A stretch of 64,000 nucleotides of DNA from Tubiluchus corallicola (Eukaryota > Animalia > Priapulida): positions 124,001 through 188,000 of the forward strand of contig JAQGDQ010000092.1 of the NCBI GenBank assembly GCA_030141605.1. Reading direction: 5' to 3'. Positions 37,001 through 50,500 of the stretch are shown here, one piece after another. The notes beneath the pieces were generated by a model, which ran no database searches, was not told the origin of the DNA, and was given only the letters and a program-made list of their open reading frames with translations. Within the stretch, counting starts at the first letter, position 1. The number at the start of each line of letters is the position of its first letter. Made by a program: the position numbers and the translations under genes.

Positions 37001-40000
37001 AATATAATGGAAAAAACTGCCTTGTGAGCTTTACTTATATTAATTAACTTATCAATTAAATGATCAGCTAGCCATTCATAACTATAAAACTTGTACTACT
37101 AGTAGTAGCTTGCTGCACTTCCAGCAGCCAGGGGCAAATGACTGCTGATATTTGAAATTTCGTTACCTCGGTAATCAGTAACCTTAACTGATTAATACTG
37201 AATATTTGGCAAGTGAACTAGTTATAGATGTGTCTCAGACCTTCACCATTTGCTTAGTACCTTGAGCTTGAAACTTTGAATCTCACTGCTATATCATCTT
37301 TATTGTCGTTATTAAGGTTTACATTTGAACAAGTGTTTTTCTTTCAGTTCGAAAACTTTTTTGCTGTCCCCGCAGTTTGCGTAAGTATGTTGTTATGTTT
37401 CAGTTACTTTTTGGAAAGCATATTTCATATGTTTTAGTTATTTCATTTCATAACCATGACTCGGCGACTTTAATAATAAAATGGAATATCATAAATGTAA
37501 AAAATAGTTTGAAAAATTCGCAAATCGCAATTAAAATTCGAGAGTTATTGAAAATTTAACGTATTACTACAGTGTATATTTTGTGCATTGCAACATTCTC
37601 ATTTCGTAGAAATGCGATCTTGTAGTTATCTGCAGTAAGTTTAAGAGCAGTCCACTTCTGTCTAATTATTAGGAAAATGTTCACAGCAATTTGGACTCCA
37701 TTAGTGCAATATTGATCATGTAGTGAACCATGATGCAGTAAATTTAAAGGAAGACCGGACAATTGTTTAGACTCAATCTCATTCTAATTTACTGTCCAAA
37801 TATACATTTGCTTGCCTATAAAAGTTAACAGTCTTCCTTATATTTGAATAATTAGCTTAGAAAGTTAATTAACAGCAACCAAACACAGCTATTGCTTACG
37901 TCAGAAACTAACCACAGTTTGTGCAATGGCAGGCGCCTTCCCTTGCGCGTCAAGCACATTTGCATAGGTGTTACAGTACTGCTTAAATGCATGATGTCAC
38001 GATAAATGGGCTTTACATGATATGACGTCATGCAACTAACAGCAGTTCATGATCATGGTTATCACGGTAACAACTTTCTATTTGTCGGCGACGTGCACGT
38101 GACAAAAAGGTACCACTGCCAATCTTAGTAGATTCACTGAAGCCGCGCATAGTTTTGGAAGTTTAACGAAATTTGAGTATCCGAGGTAATTATTATTTAA
38201 TCTAAGCTTTGATTAAAAATAAGCTATTATAGTTTTCAATATTTTAGAGCATTCTTTATTTATTCTGAACTAGTGTTTACACAATCATCTGGTTTTCCTT
38301 TAAGAGTACTGCTGTCCACTTCTGTCTTTCTATAAGGAAAATGTTCACAGCAATTTGGGACTCCATTAGTGCAATATTGATCATGTAGTGAACTATGATG
38401 CAGTAAGTTTAAGAGTACTGCGGTTCACTTCTGTCTTTTTATCAGGAAAATGTTCACAGCAATTTGGTCTAAATTGGTGTAATATCGATAATGTAGCAAA
38501 CTATGGAACTTGCTGTTGCCTAGTGAGAAACAGTATAGCAAAATCTGAATTTTTGTCTTTCATTGTTCTTCTGTTACAGCACGAATAAGATTGACCAACT
38601 TATATCTCTGGCAGTAATTTTAGCTCTCATCACAATTCTGTAGTAACTCATATGTAAATGTGTATAATGTTTACATGTTTAAGAGTAGCAAAATTATTAA
38701 CCAATCACATTGTTAGGAGTCATAAATTTATTAGCACAGTTAGTTTTCAATGTCTAATCACTAGCTTTGAACATTCATTTAGAAAAATAAGAACTAGTAC
38801 TGGCACCTGTGCTGATAAAATTGCTACTAAAAATATGATATCTGAAAAAATTTTGTGCCCTGCAGTACGTTTACATTGCTTTTTACGTTTTGCAAGGGGA
38901 GACACGTCTCCAGGAAGTGTCATAGCCAGCTTTTTGTACATCATAGCGGGTGGCCCTGTTATTGGTTTCATAGTGGGCAAGACGGCGACATTGTTGCTGA
39001 GAAATACTTACTGTGACATTATGACCCAGACAGCTGTCACTGTGTCACTGAGTTATGTAACCTTCTTTGTCTGTCAAGCAATTGCTGGCACTTCCGGTGA
39101 GTGGTTAATAAAAATGACTCTTCCTTAAATAAATGTATATATGTCGTAATTTTAGACTTATAGCAAAAAAAATGAAAATTGTTTACCAGTTTGTTGTACT
39201 AACATGCTGTAAGCCAAGATTTAGCACTCAGTGGCAGGGAGTTCTATTGCAGGTGGTTGTCTACATGATGGTGTCTTCTGTAATATGCATTTTTTTACAA
39301 ACACTGTGTGCGCATTTGTGTGTGTTGTGTGTGTGAGTGTGTGTGTGTGTGTGTGTGTGCGTGCGTGCGTGCATGCGTGCGTGCGTGTGTATCATAGTAT
39401 AACATTGCCATGTGCTTTAAAGCATTCAGGTTCACAAGTACAGAGTCTCACTATGTTGTATTTTTAGGTGGGGGTATTTATATTATGGTTACGTCTTCCA
39501 TAACTTTTCTCAAGTTTGCCCGTTTACTGCCAAAGGGAAATGCAAATTTTATTTACCATTATTTAATTAATAAAAATGTTGATAATCGTTTTAAATGCCT
39601 GAATTTTTTGCCTAACCGTGCTACATTAGTGCATTATTTACATGTATTTTTGCATTTATGCTGCTGTTTGCCAACCTGAGTCAATAATTTTCTGTTTCTG
39701 GATTTCACTGTAAATTTCCTGTTGTGAGTGTTCTTTTATGTAAAATGTCTCAAACGAGGCCAATGAATGCTACAGCAAAAAGATGCTAAGATAAATATGT
39801 TCAGAAAAATAGAATTCGTATAACTAATTTACTAGTGAGAGATGGTATCTGTTAGTGTTCTTCATGAAGCAACTGAACAGAGAGCGGGTTCAAATCAGTA
39901 GAGAGAGAGAGAGACTTTATTCTGTGTACAATGTTCCACACTTAAAGCAAAACTGGACCCAATCTTAAACTGAAAGTCAAAATAATCTACTCTTTAAAAT

Positions 40001-43000
40001 CTTGAGAGGACACACTATTTTTTCAAGAATGACTTTCGTGAAAGAATTATTAGCACACAAACATAATTTCATGTTCGCGCCACTAGTTCTTCGCTGTTAC
40101 ATGCATTTCGCCATTCACTAGTTACACGGGCGCCTGCATTTCGGAAACACATTGCACAAAAATAGGTGCTGTACCTCTCAGCTCGGATTGCACACATTCG
40201 ACAGCTCATGCACGAGCACTGCAGTAAATTTGAAATTTGAATTTTTATCTTAAAACTCGCAAGTTTTAGTATAACACACTGAATATCTTACAGTAGCACT
40301 GTACTTCAATTTCCGCTTTCGCAAACGCGCGTAACATGCTCGTGGGATAGGGATATTTTTGCTGTTGAAAATTATGTTAGTTTGTGATGTCATCAATAGT
40401 TGGGTTCACCCGCTGTTAATTAAGATTTTAATCTGTTATTAAACTGTCATAAGCGCTTTTCCAGTATTATTGTTGTGAAAATGTATAGTTTTTACCGTAC
40501 TTGGAAATAGGATAGTATATGAAAAATTATCCTGTCTTCCTTTAAGAAACTGGAAGGAAAAACTGGATTAACATATCTAGTTCTATTTTTAGAAATGTCC
40601 AGAGTATACCAACCAAGAAAAGCAACTAAGTATCAGCCTGTAGGAACCAATAATGAAAGGTTTTGAGAGTAGCTATACATATAGTCTTAATGAAAGTTAC
40701 CCTCGTAATTGGACTTCCATGCAGCAAGACTGATTGGAAGTCATACACATCTAGACTGACAATGTAATTTTGTAATCTGTCAAGTGGGTTGAAGTAACGA
40801 GTTGCAACACTAGCACATGTGTGACTGCTGGCAAGTACTCCAAGCAAGATTGAATGGGCGTTTTGTGAAGAGTATAGCTTCAAAATTTACGCCATATCCA
40901 CATGATGCTCCTTTATGTCCAATTTTATACTTATACTTTTATACTTTATAGCACACTAGATGTAGCTCATGCCTTTTCTCCCAAAACTGATAACGTATGC
41001 CTGCACGCAAAGCTGCCTGCAACATTTGTAGCTCGTGTTGTGCATTTAGGAGTGCTTTGCATTACCTGTAGTTTTCTGACCTTTTTTAACCTTTATGCTC
41101 TTACAAAACATTTGGCTATACATTTTGAAACTTAATTGAGATAAGTAAGTGTGTCTTTTACAAAATAATTTATTCAAAAAATAAACCCCCAGTGGCACGA
41201 CACTAGATCGAGACCTTTCGTTTCATATATAGATCGCTGTACATGGTGACACATGGTACACATATATATGTATAAGATGTAATTTCGAAATAAATAATAT
41301 TTATATATTAATTTCGAAATTACATCAATAATTACTGCAGTTCAGTTTACACTAAACCAAAATAACTACAGATGTGTAAAGACAACTACATCACCTATTT
41401 TGCGTCAGAAGTCATCAAGTGGAACATGACCAAGATTTGGGTTTTGATCACTTTTCCTCTACCCTCAAACACATCCAGGCATTAATTTATTTAGTAGTGT
41501 TATAATAAGAAGTGACGTTAAGTGTACAAGGCCAATGGAGTTTTATGGAAAGTGCATGTATAAAAATTATAACACAGAGATAGGAAACTTAGATCATATC
41601 ATTAAAATGTATGATAACACATCAGTTAGTTAAACACATTTCAATGGTGCTATATTGTAATTATTAATTGGCACTGAAAAATTAACTTTTTTATTTAATA
41701 CAGCAAACTTTTAATTGTGCATTTAAAACTTAAAGTAATGGCAGCTATATGTCACTACATATAAAAGCCGTTAAATATTCACTCACTTTTTCAGTCACTG
41801 GGTTCATGCATATGTGCAATATTTCTTTCATACTAGTTAATACCATTTCAGAAATAATTTTTTCAAATGCTTAATTTTGAATTTTTGAACATGCAGGGGT
41901 AATTACATGTCTAATATTTGCAGGCATCTGTAGCAGATTGCTATTTGAATATTCGTCAGTTGCCCATGCATCTTTCAGTTTGATGCCTTGCTATTTTAGT
42001 CCAAAAAGTATGCACGTAATGGAATGAAAAACTGCATCATGAGGACATGGCATTACATAATTACAAGCACATTACAGGCAACCCACCTTTTTCAATATGC
42101 TCGCAGCCATTCCAGTAAGATATTTTTTGCGTCTAAGATCAGTCAACACCAAATAAGTATATTAGAAAGAGGAGGTAAGACGATACAGAAAGAGGAGATA
42201 AACCCACATGTACAGTGGATAGCATAGCACTATGACTACGAGAAAATGACACAGGTTTCGATCATCTAAGGAGGCAATCCAGTGTTGGCTGCAGTTAAAA
42301 GTCAGCCCAAGATCCCTTTCTAACATATGAGACACAATGAATGTAATGGAAAGTTTTTTTACAGGTATATTATCGGTTGTGGTACTAGGATTAATATTTA
42401 GCAATGATCGAGGCAATATCAATTCTGAAGTCGAGAAAACCATGCAAAAGTTTATAGAAATGCTTGCTTATCTGACAAACACTATGCTATTTCTTGCCAT
42501 TGGTATTGTGTGCACAGAGCAGAATATTGTGGAGTATTATACCATTCCTTGTTTCTATGTTGCCGTAATTATTGCTAGGTTTGTAATTCTAAACTTATGT
42601 TGGTGCACTGATTGTTGTTCATTAATTAATCTGTTTATTTTGCCTAAACTGGTACATGCAAACCTAAAATGAAAATCTACCGTATACATGCTACACTGAA
42701 CTGTGTGCAGTTAAATTTTTCATCAAGCATTTCTTTACTGCAAAAGTAAAATATGAAATTTTAGTTGAGTGAACTGTATTAATGATTTTACAGCCTTTAA
42801 AACTTTGGTAATAACTGATTGACGATAATTAGAAATGTGTTCAATGGGGATTACATTATAAATTTACTTTTTTATAACACCTTGATTATCGTGGTTCTTG
42901 AAAGCATTTTCTAAATTTTGGATAGCTCCAAAAAATAATGGAAAAATAGTACATCATCAGTGTATTGTGGTATACAATTGTGATTTTTTTGTATCGATTT

Positions 43001-44548
43001 GAAAGAAAAGACATAATGTTGTTAAATTTTCCACATTTTTAATCGGGCTTGAGAAGAGTTGTAGCTATTTTAGTTTTTCCTCGGTCTACCATATTAACAG
43101 ATGTGACACTTCTTATTTTAATTTGTGAAGCCTAATTATCAGTGTTTCCCTATGAAGTCAGACAACATATACCATAAATTTCTTTGTCATCATATGTCCA
43201 ACATATGATTTTTCTGTAGAATGTACCAGGGACGATAGGATTCACAAACTCATTGTAATGACTTTGTATCAGATGTCTAAAAATGAGTACACTGATACAA
43301 TAGATCAGCTTACCAGTACTAATAATCAGTAGCTTAACAAGTTAACCCTTAAAGCCCTTTTATTTAATTAAAGTGATTTTTTACAATAAAAAATTTTGGT
43401 TAACAATTTTCTGAAGTAAGTACATCCATCATTATGAGACTCTTGGTGGGCTAACTATTTATCTCAAAATTACCTTGTACTATACAGCATATGTTGCATG
43501 TATGCTTTTGGTTTTTAAAACCCCATTGGGTTGTTATTAATTAACCATGATTATAGACGTCTTAGTTTTTCATTTTTGCACTGTTACATTATTAAATGAA
43601 TTTGTAAAGTTTAACGAATTTTCATTTTAGGGGGCTTGCGATATGGATGCTAAGTCCATTTTTAGCCTTCCTTGGTTATGGCTTGACATGGCGAAATGCA
43701 ATTGTATTAATATGGGGTGGAATACGAGGAGCTGTAGCAGTCGCATTGTCACTTTTTGTTGCTCATGCTCATCATAACAAGAGGTTTCAAGACCAAGGCC
43801 AACAGGTACTTAACACATCCATATATCACTTAACTAGTAATAACCAAAGAAAAAACAATGGCCACTAATTCATTTTCAGACATGCATGTCTAATTGATTT
43901 TCCATCTATAATATTTGCTAATCTAATTATTTTTAATAAACTGGTGTAGTGATCGGGCTGTTAATGTCTTCCTGTCTTGGCTGGTATCAATAAAACAACT
44001 GCAGCTCCAACCAAAAAATAAGTGAACTAAATTAAGATAGTTACATTTTAATTCACAATAAACAGAATGGAATTAATGTGTAGTGGAGACATCACTAAAT
44101 TTGGCTTTCTAATGAGGCTAGTACTAAGGGAAATTCCCTAAATGTCGACAGTGGTAAAAGATTAGTAACTGTTATATTATGCTGCTGCATTCTATTATAG
44201 TTAAAAAGCTTTTTGTTATATTACGTAGTACAAGTGCTGATTTTGTTCTACTATCATACTAGTTTGTAAAAGATTTACCTTAGCCAGAAAAAAGGTACAT
44301 TTTGACTGTACGGAAGATAGAGCTGCTGCTTACCAATCAACCTATCATAAAATGCCAAATGCCAGGCATTAACCAATAGCCACTGCTAGTATAATTGCCT
44401 TACCTGCTGTTAATATACAAAGTTTCACTTGCAGAATGCTAATAACATGCAGGGTTTCACATGTGTCAGAAATTGGGAAGGAGGAAAACTGACACTATGT
44501 GGGGCTTGCACTATACTCTTTTAAGGTGATTATTATTGTAGTTGTAGT

Positions 44549-44584
<36 letters not shown>

Positions 44585-47500
44585 GACTTTACTTTTTAAA
44601 TTAGTAAAGCCCTGCAATTAAACCTAGGTTATGAATGGATTCACAACATACAGGGCTGTTACATTGACAGGAAAAAAGAACACATCAGTACTCAAAACTG
44701 TTCACTACACAAAAAAATTACAAAAAATACTAAGCAAAAAACAAAATAATCACGGTACATTAAAACATAAGATGATATTGAGACGTGACTATACAATTGT
44801 AAAATTTTGATGATGCTTGTAATATTTGAATTACAAGTTTGAATTTGACTTTCACATCTGCAATAGACTAGTGCCATGATGATTTACTTCTGGCATACCA
44901 AATAACATAGCTCCTAATGATAGTCAGTTTACAGACATCGCTTTTTATTAGTAAACTGTTTGATTTCATTTGACGAGAACGAAGCAGCGATTTTAGATTT
45001 TTTAGTTATGCAATCAATTATAACCGTGGCTTCCAATTTCGAACGGACCTGAAATAGACCTGAAGTCCTTAAGATTCCAAGTCAGTAACTAAGGCTGCAG
45101 ATCTACAATGTTTCAGTTCTTTTGCTTGTTTTAGGGCAGTATCGAAAAGAATAGTGAGTTCAAATATTATGATGCATTTCAAGAAGACGGTTAAAGCTAT
45201 TGATATCCTGTTGCGTCACTATTTTAGACTTGCGTAATTTCAGAAAGCTTCATTGGATAATGGATGTTTGTACATGTTCATCCCAGTATACTGCACATTC
45301 TTCTTGCACAACGTTTATAATAAAGTTTACTGTAACAGAAAACTCTTAGTGTTACCTTTATTTGTTAGATTCAACAATACTTTTAGGTTTTTTTATTCAA
45401 ACTGTAACAATCAACTAACAATGGTTGCAAGGTCAGCAATAGTTTTTCAGGTGCTGAACTGATGCTACACTTTTTGCTAACATTTTGAACCCCATCCTTA
45501 TACAATAGAAATCAGGCTACAAAAATAACTTTCGTGTTCTTTTACAGATGGTTGTTTATACGTTGTCGATTGCCTTCTTAACACAATGTATCAATGGCCT
45601 TACATTTCCAAAACTGTTAGGACTTTTGGGCCTGACACAGATTCCAACAGCCAAGCGCCAGGCAATGGCAAGTGTCTTACAAATTCTGCAAGACACAAGG
45701 AAGCGGTCTATTAACATGTTGAAGCTCGACCGATTTTTGGGCCATTCCGACTGGCGGGTTGTTATTCAAGAAACAATGCTAAAAGATCCATATGCAACTA
45801 TTCGCAAGGTAGCTGCCGCTCTACACCCAACATTTACATGATTTTTTGCAAAGATTAAAACTCTAGGAAGCTGTGTTCGTTGTATTTACAGTGCATGTTG
45901 AGTAACTGACAAAGTACTTGTGTAATTAACAGGTTTAAACGTATAACATTAAGTAACACATTTACTGCATTTGCTAGCAAAAGGTAACAGTTTCAAACTG
46001 AATGATTAGTCAGTTTTAAAATGGATTCTTTTTTTGAGAGATGCCACTCATTAATGTGTGTATAATGTAGTCATCATCTGGTAGATCTAGGATTTGCTAG
46101 TAGAGTAAAACAGTAACTCTCCCTGCACAATATGTTACAGTAAGCATTGCTCTTGCCAATTTCACAGCATAACTAGAGCATTAAGAGCAGGCAAAAATCA
46201 TTGCAGTTGTTAGCTTACAGTTTGCTTATCAAACATTGGGCTGATAGCTTTGCCTTTATTGCATCATTACCATCCTTTGAAGTTGCCTTGAATTTGTCAT
46301 ACTGTATTTGTTCACGAAAGTCATACTAATAATTGTAATATTATAATTTCACAATCTGCTAATGGGCTAGTGTTTCAGTTCTTTACAATTACAAGCTGAC
46401 CATTTGCTTCATTTGTCAATATTCTTACATGTTAATTTATATAGCAAAGTACAGTGGACAACCTTAAAATAATGCCACGTGCCAAGTGTGTGCTTTGTCA
46501 ACAACATCTTTTAACTGAACCTACACCATCCGAGCTAGATGAAATGCTTATTGAAGCTTCAGTGCGAAAACTTAATGCTCAGAAGGTAATCTCAGCTACT
46601 AATGACTAATAACCAAGATATACTGTGTGTGATATAAATTTGTGTAACATAGCCAGCCATAACATTGCATTTTTTACTCGTTTTAACTTTTAGTAACTTG
46701 TAATCATCTCATAATTTCAACTAGGTGAGCTATTGGAGGCAATACGAAAAAGGTCAGCTGTCATATTATGCTGTTCAGGCTCTTTGTGCAAGTGTTGAAC
46801 GGGCACTTGATGCACCTGGGGAGTAAGTTGTTATTTTTAACATTAGTTCTGTGGTCACCAAAACTTTATGAAGATTTTTATAATATTGATTAAACTTGAA
46901 ATTTATGCTTCATATGTACGATTAGCACTGTAACTGTTGTTGTTATACTAAATCTGTGAACACAACAAAACAAAATCATAATAATGTAAGCAGTAACTCA
47001 GCATTTAATTGCAGGTAGTTTAAATTGAAACAAAACCACTGGGACATCTTAATGCTTCTTTAGATCTTCTAGTTAACTATACAAGGCTATAATTGCAGTC
47101 ACACTGTAAAGCAATACACTTGTAATATGACCAGCTCTTGGGTGGGTTACTCTTCTCTGTATAAATAAAAATTTGATATCAACATTGTAGCTCTTAGAAT
47201 CTATATTTGTAGCAAAGGCTTGTAAAGTGCCTGTAAATATTATGCTACACTTCTGTTTTTCAAATATTCTCAGCATTCCAGAGTATAACTATCAATTATT
47301 CATCTTGAATCATTGTATAATCACAGGGTAATTGAATCAAATAATAATCAACTTATAAGGCAAGAATCTAGTTTGCCTCCTTATCTTTCCTTATTTTATA
47401 TTTAGAAGGTATTGCTTATGTAAATTTTCTTTACTTTTTTATTGTAATACAATCTGTAAAAGCAGTGTAAATTTTGTGCTGTAAGGTTCAATAAGCTACA

Positions 47501-50500
47501 GTCAAACTTCATTATAATACCCCCTTTGTAATGCCAAGCTCGCATAACACCCAAATTTTTGGTTTAGTTTTATAGCCAAACTTGCTTTATGCCAACTTTT
47601 TTGCAGTCTTAAGGCAGGCAGTATATAGTGGTTTGGCTGTAAACTTAAAGAAGTGTAAAGGAATGTTGAGTTTGGTGAGATTTATTTCAACTATGAATTC
47701 ATAATTCTGGCCACTATCAATTTTTGCACTACTGTAGCTATTAACTTTGTAGCTTTCTAGGGGATGAATATATGTGCTTGCGTTTTTCATGGTGTTAACA
47801 TTATTTCTGCAGCTGCAGCTGGTAATGCTATTATCTCAACACTGAATACCAAAAATGGTACAACTGTCTGAAGAACTTTGTAATTTGTTTAGGATGATAC
47901 ATCTTAGCTGGGTAAAAGAAAACTGGGAAATAAAAGGTGCACTTCCAAAAGTGGTAAGCAAACACAATTATTGTTATCAAGTCTTTCATACTTTTCCTGC
48001 ACTTTTCCTTCATACTTTTTAACAGTGAAATTATCCAAACTTCATAATAAAATATCTTTTTCTTTAACTTGCTTCGTGTGTTTATGTTTACGTTCTTTAC
48101 TTTTATCTCTTATCTTTTATTAGTAGTTGAATACAGCAGAATTTGTACATGTGAATGTTTTTCAGAAATGGTTTATGGAAAGATTATTTTATGGTAAAAG
48201 CAAGTATAGGAAAGTGTACCCATCCCAGAAATGGAGGGCATTTTTCTTTCGACTTGTAAACAATGCCTATTTTGTGGGATTTATATATTGGTAGGCAACA
48301 AATAGAAATATTTGAATAATTGCAATATCCACAAAATAAACATGTTACAGAAATTCAACCTTGGTTCTATAAATATTAAAACTCATGCTATTCTAAAATC
48401 AGTTTATTTTATCCATGTCCAGCTGATAAGTCTTCAGAAATTACAAAGCAAATATAAGCAACAGCCTATAAACAAATTTAAATGCATAAGCAAATTAAAT
48501 TTCATTCATAAAGCATGCACGTTTGCTAATACTGAATGGTTTTGACCACTGTGTAAAATGACAAATACTGTTTCACTATTATTTGTTGTACATTTGCTGT
48601 TCCTGCTACTGATGTAACTGCATTACATTTATCGTTACTTAGGCCTATACAGTATTTTTTTTCTAGTGCGATTTTGCTCAATATGATTCCCCTTATAATG
48701 GAACTTGCAATGAAGCAGCAGCATTTTGCTTCAAATGAAACATTTGTAAACATGGAAGTTCGCATCCCAGAAGAACAACTAGATACATGGAATAAAAGTG
48801 ACATAACATCATTTTTTATTTTCGGTCACCATTATTTACCAGTTGATGATGCTCTTTTCGTTCATCAGATTAGCAATTACATATTCTTTGTCATTTACTT
48901 GTTTGAATGTATTTTCAAGGTAAGAATTTTTATTATGTTTTATTATGAAAATTTATAAATAAATATAATTTATATATCAACTGTGTGTTTGCCTGCAAAA
49001 TCACAATTATTTAGGTTTAAATATAGACAACATGCCTTCCGTAAAAGAACATGGCTATTAATTGACGACTGAACTTTTGCTATTGTGGATATGTACTATG
49101 TAGACAATATTTCTTTCCTAACAAAACCGAAAGGAGAGATAGAAAGATTCAATTATTCAAAGATTGGAGGTTGTCAAAGACCTCCTCTTATTAAAGCCTC
49201 CTATGAAACTGTACAGTCAAGAGATTAAAAATTACCACCAAAGAAATTAAAGGGAGGTAGATTGCTCACATGGACTGGTGTGATGCAAGAAGGCCTTAAT
49301 GGAAGATCTCTATTTCTGAACGATATTTCGTCTCGGAAAGAACCTAAAGATTGGATCATGTGGTGGCAGGTGGCCAGTGTGATGTCTAATGGTGAATAAG
49401 CACAAATTTTCCCTTATTTGAATTAAATGCAAATTTAACGCTAAATAAATTGAGTTATCAGTCAATTCAAATGAGCATTTGACACGATCTGTCCATGGAA
49501 GTAACAAGATTGATCGACAGATTGGTTATGTGGACCAACTGATGATTTTTAAACAAGTTTTAATGTTGCTTACTTATAACTGTATCATGTATTGTTTTGA
49601 GTTACAAACTAAAATTGTTATTCTTTGCTTTTTAAAAGTGGCATATAATATAATAAATATATACTTGTTTATTGTTTAGGTTACTGCTTATGGTCGTAGC
49701 TATTTAAATAGCGGCTGGAACAAGTTGGATGCAGTGATTCTCATTGTAGCAGCTTCTGATATCATTTTTGATCTAAATACAGGCGGCACTATAAAGCTTA
49801 AAAAGGGCCGAAAGAAAAGCGTGCTGGTTTTCAGCTTGGGAAAAATTCTTCGCTTGCTTCGAATTGGTCGCCTTTTCCGTCTTTTTGAGGTACAAAATAA
49901 TTCAAAATGTTATGCAGAAATATGTAAACTATATGCTTACATGAGTATTTTGTATGTTTTTACTCATTGTTAATTTGCTAAATTTTATACAAGTCTTGAA
50001 TGAGAAGTCTTATACCAGTCAGTAATGGTGAAACAAATATAGCTAGTTCAGTAATTTTATAAACTCTACTTTGTAGACTGACAATCATTAGATCATTTCA
50101 TAAAAACCAGCTTGTAATTTCTTAATAGATCAAACAGCATTTGTTAATTGATTTCATACACTGAGACTGAGATCATTGGCTGATTGTTACCTATTGTTTT
50201 TACAGCCAATAATAAAGCGTATAATATCGAGGTTGAACCAGCGCATTCATAAACAGCTGAGCCTTGGTTTCGATGTTGGAAAGGGTTTTGTAGTTGCCGA
50301 AGAGGAAGTTTCTAAATACATTGATCACATGGTTGACAATGCAGGAATTGCTACAAGATTAAAGAAAATCAGTGAGAATCAAAGACTAGAAGTAATCAAA
50401 GAACTTGGGGCACTACAACAGCGACATCCTGGTATTGTTTGATTTAATGATTTAACACAAGTAACATATTTCTTAATTTAACATCTGTACTTGTTGCTCA

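Noticed and set aside
42020-42250. ITGNPPFS peptide resembling N6-adenine methyltransferase motif IV
   Set aside because: It lies in a ~32-codon stop-bounded frame with no motif I. Neighbouring broken peptides (IRKRR, RGDKPT) fit a decayed RTE-like LINE tail better.
47274-47328. Candidate SLC9C exon IPEYNYQLFILNHCIITG
   Set aside because: Not needed for the model and without SLC9C similarity; exon 47893-47953 supplies the expected W.IKG..P motif and the correct phase.
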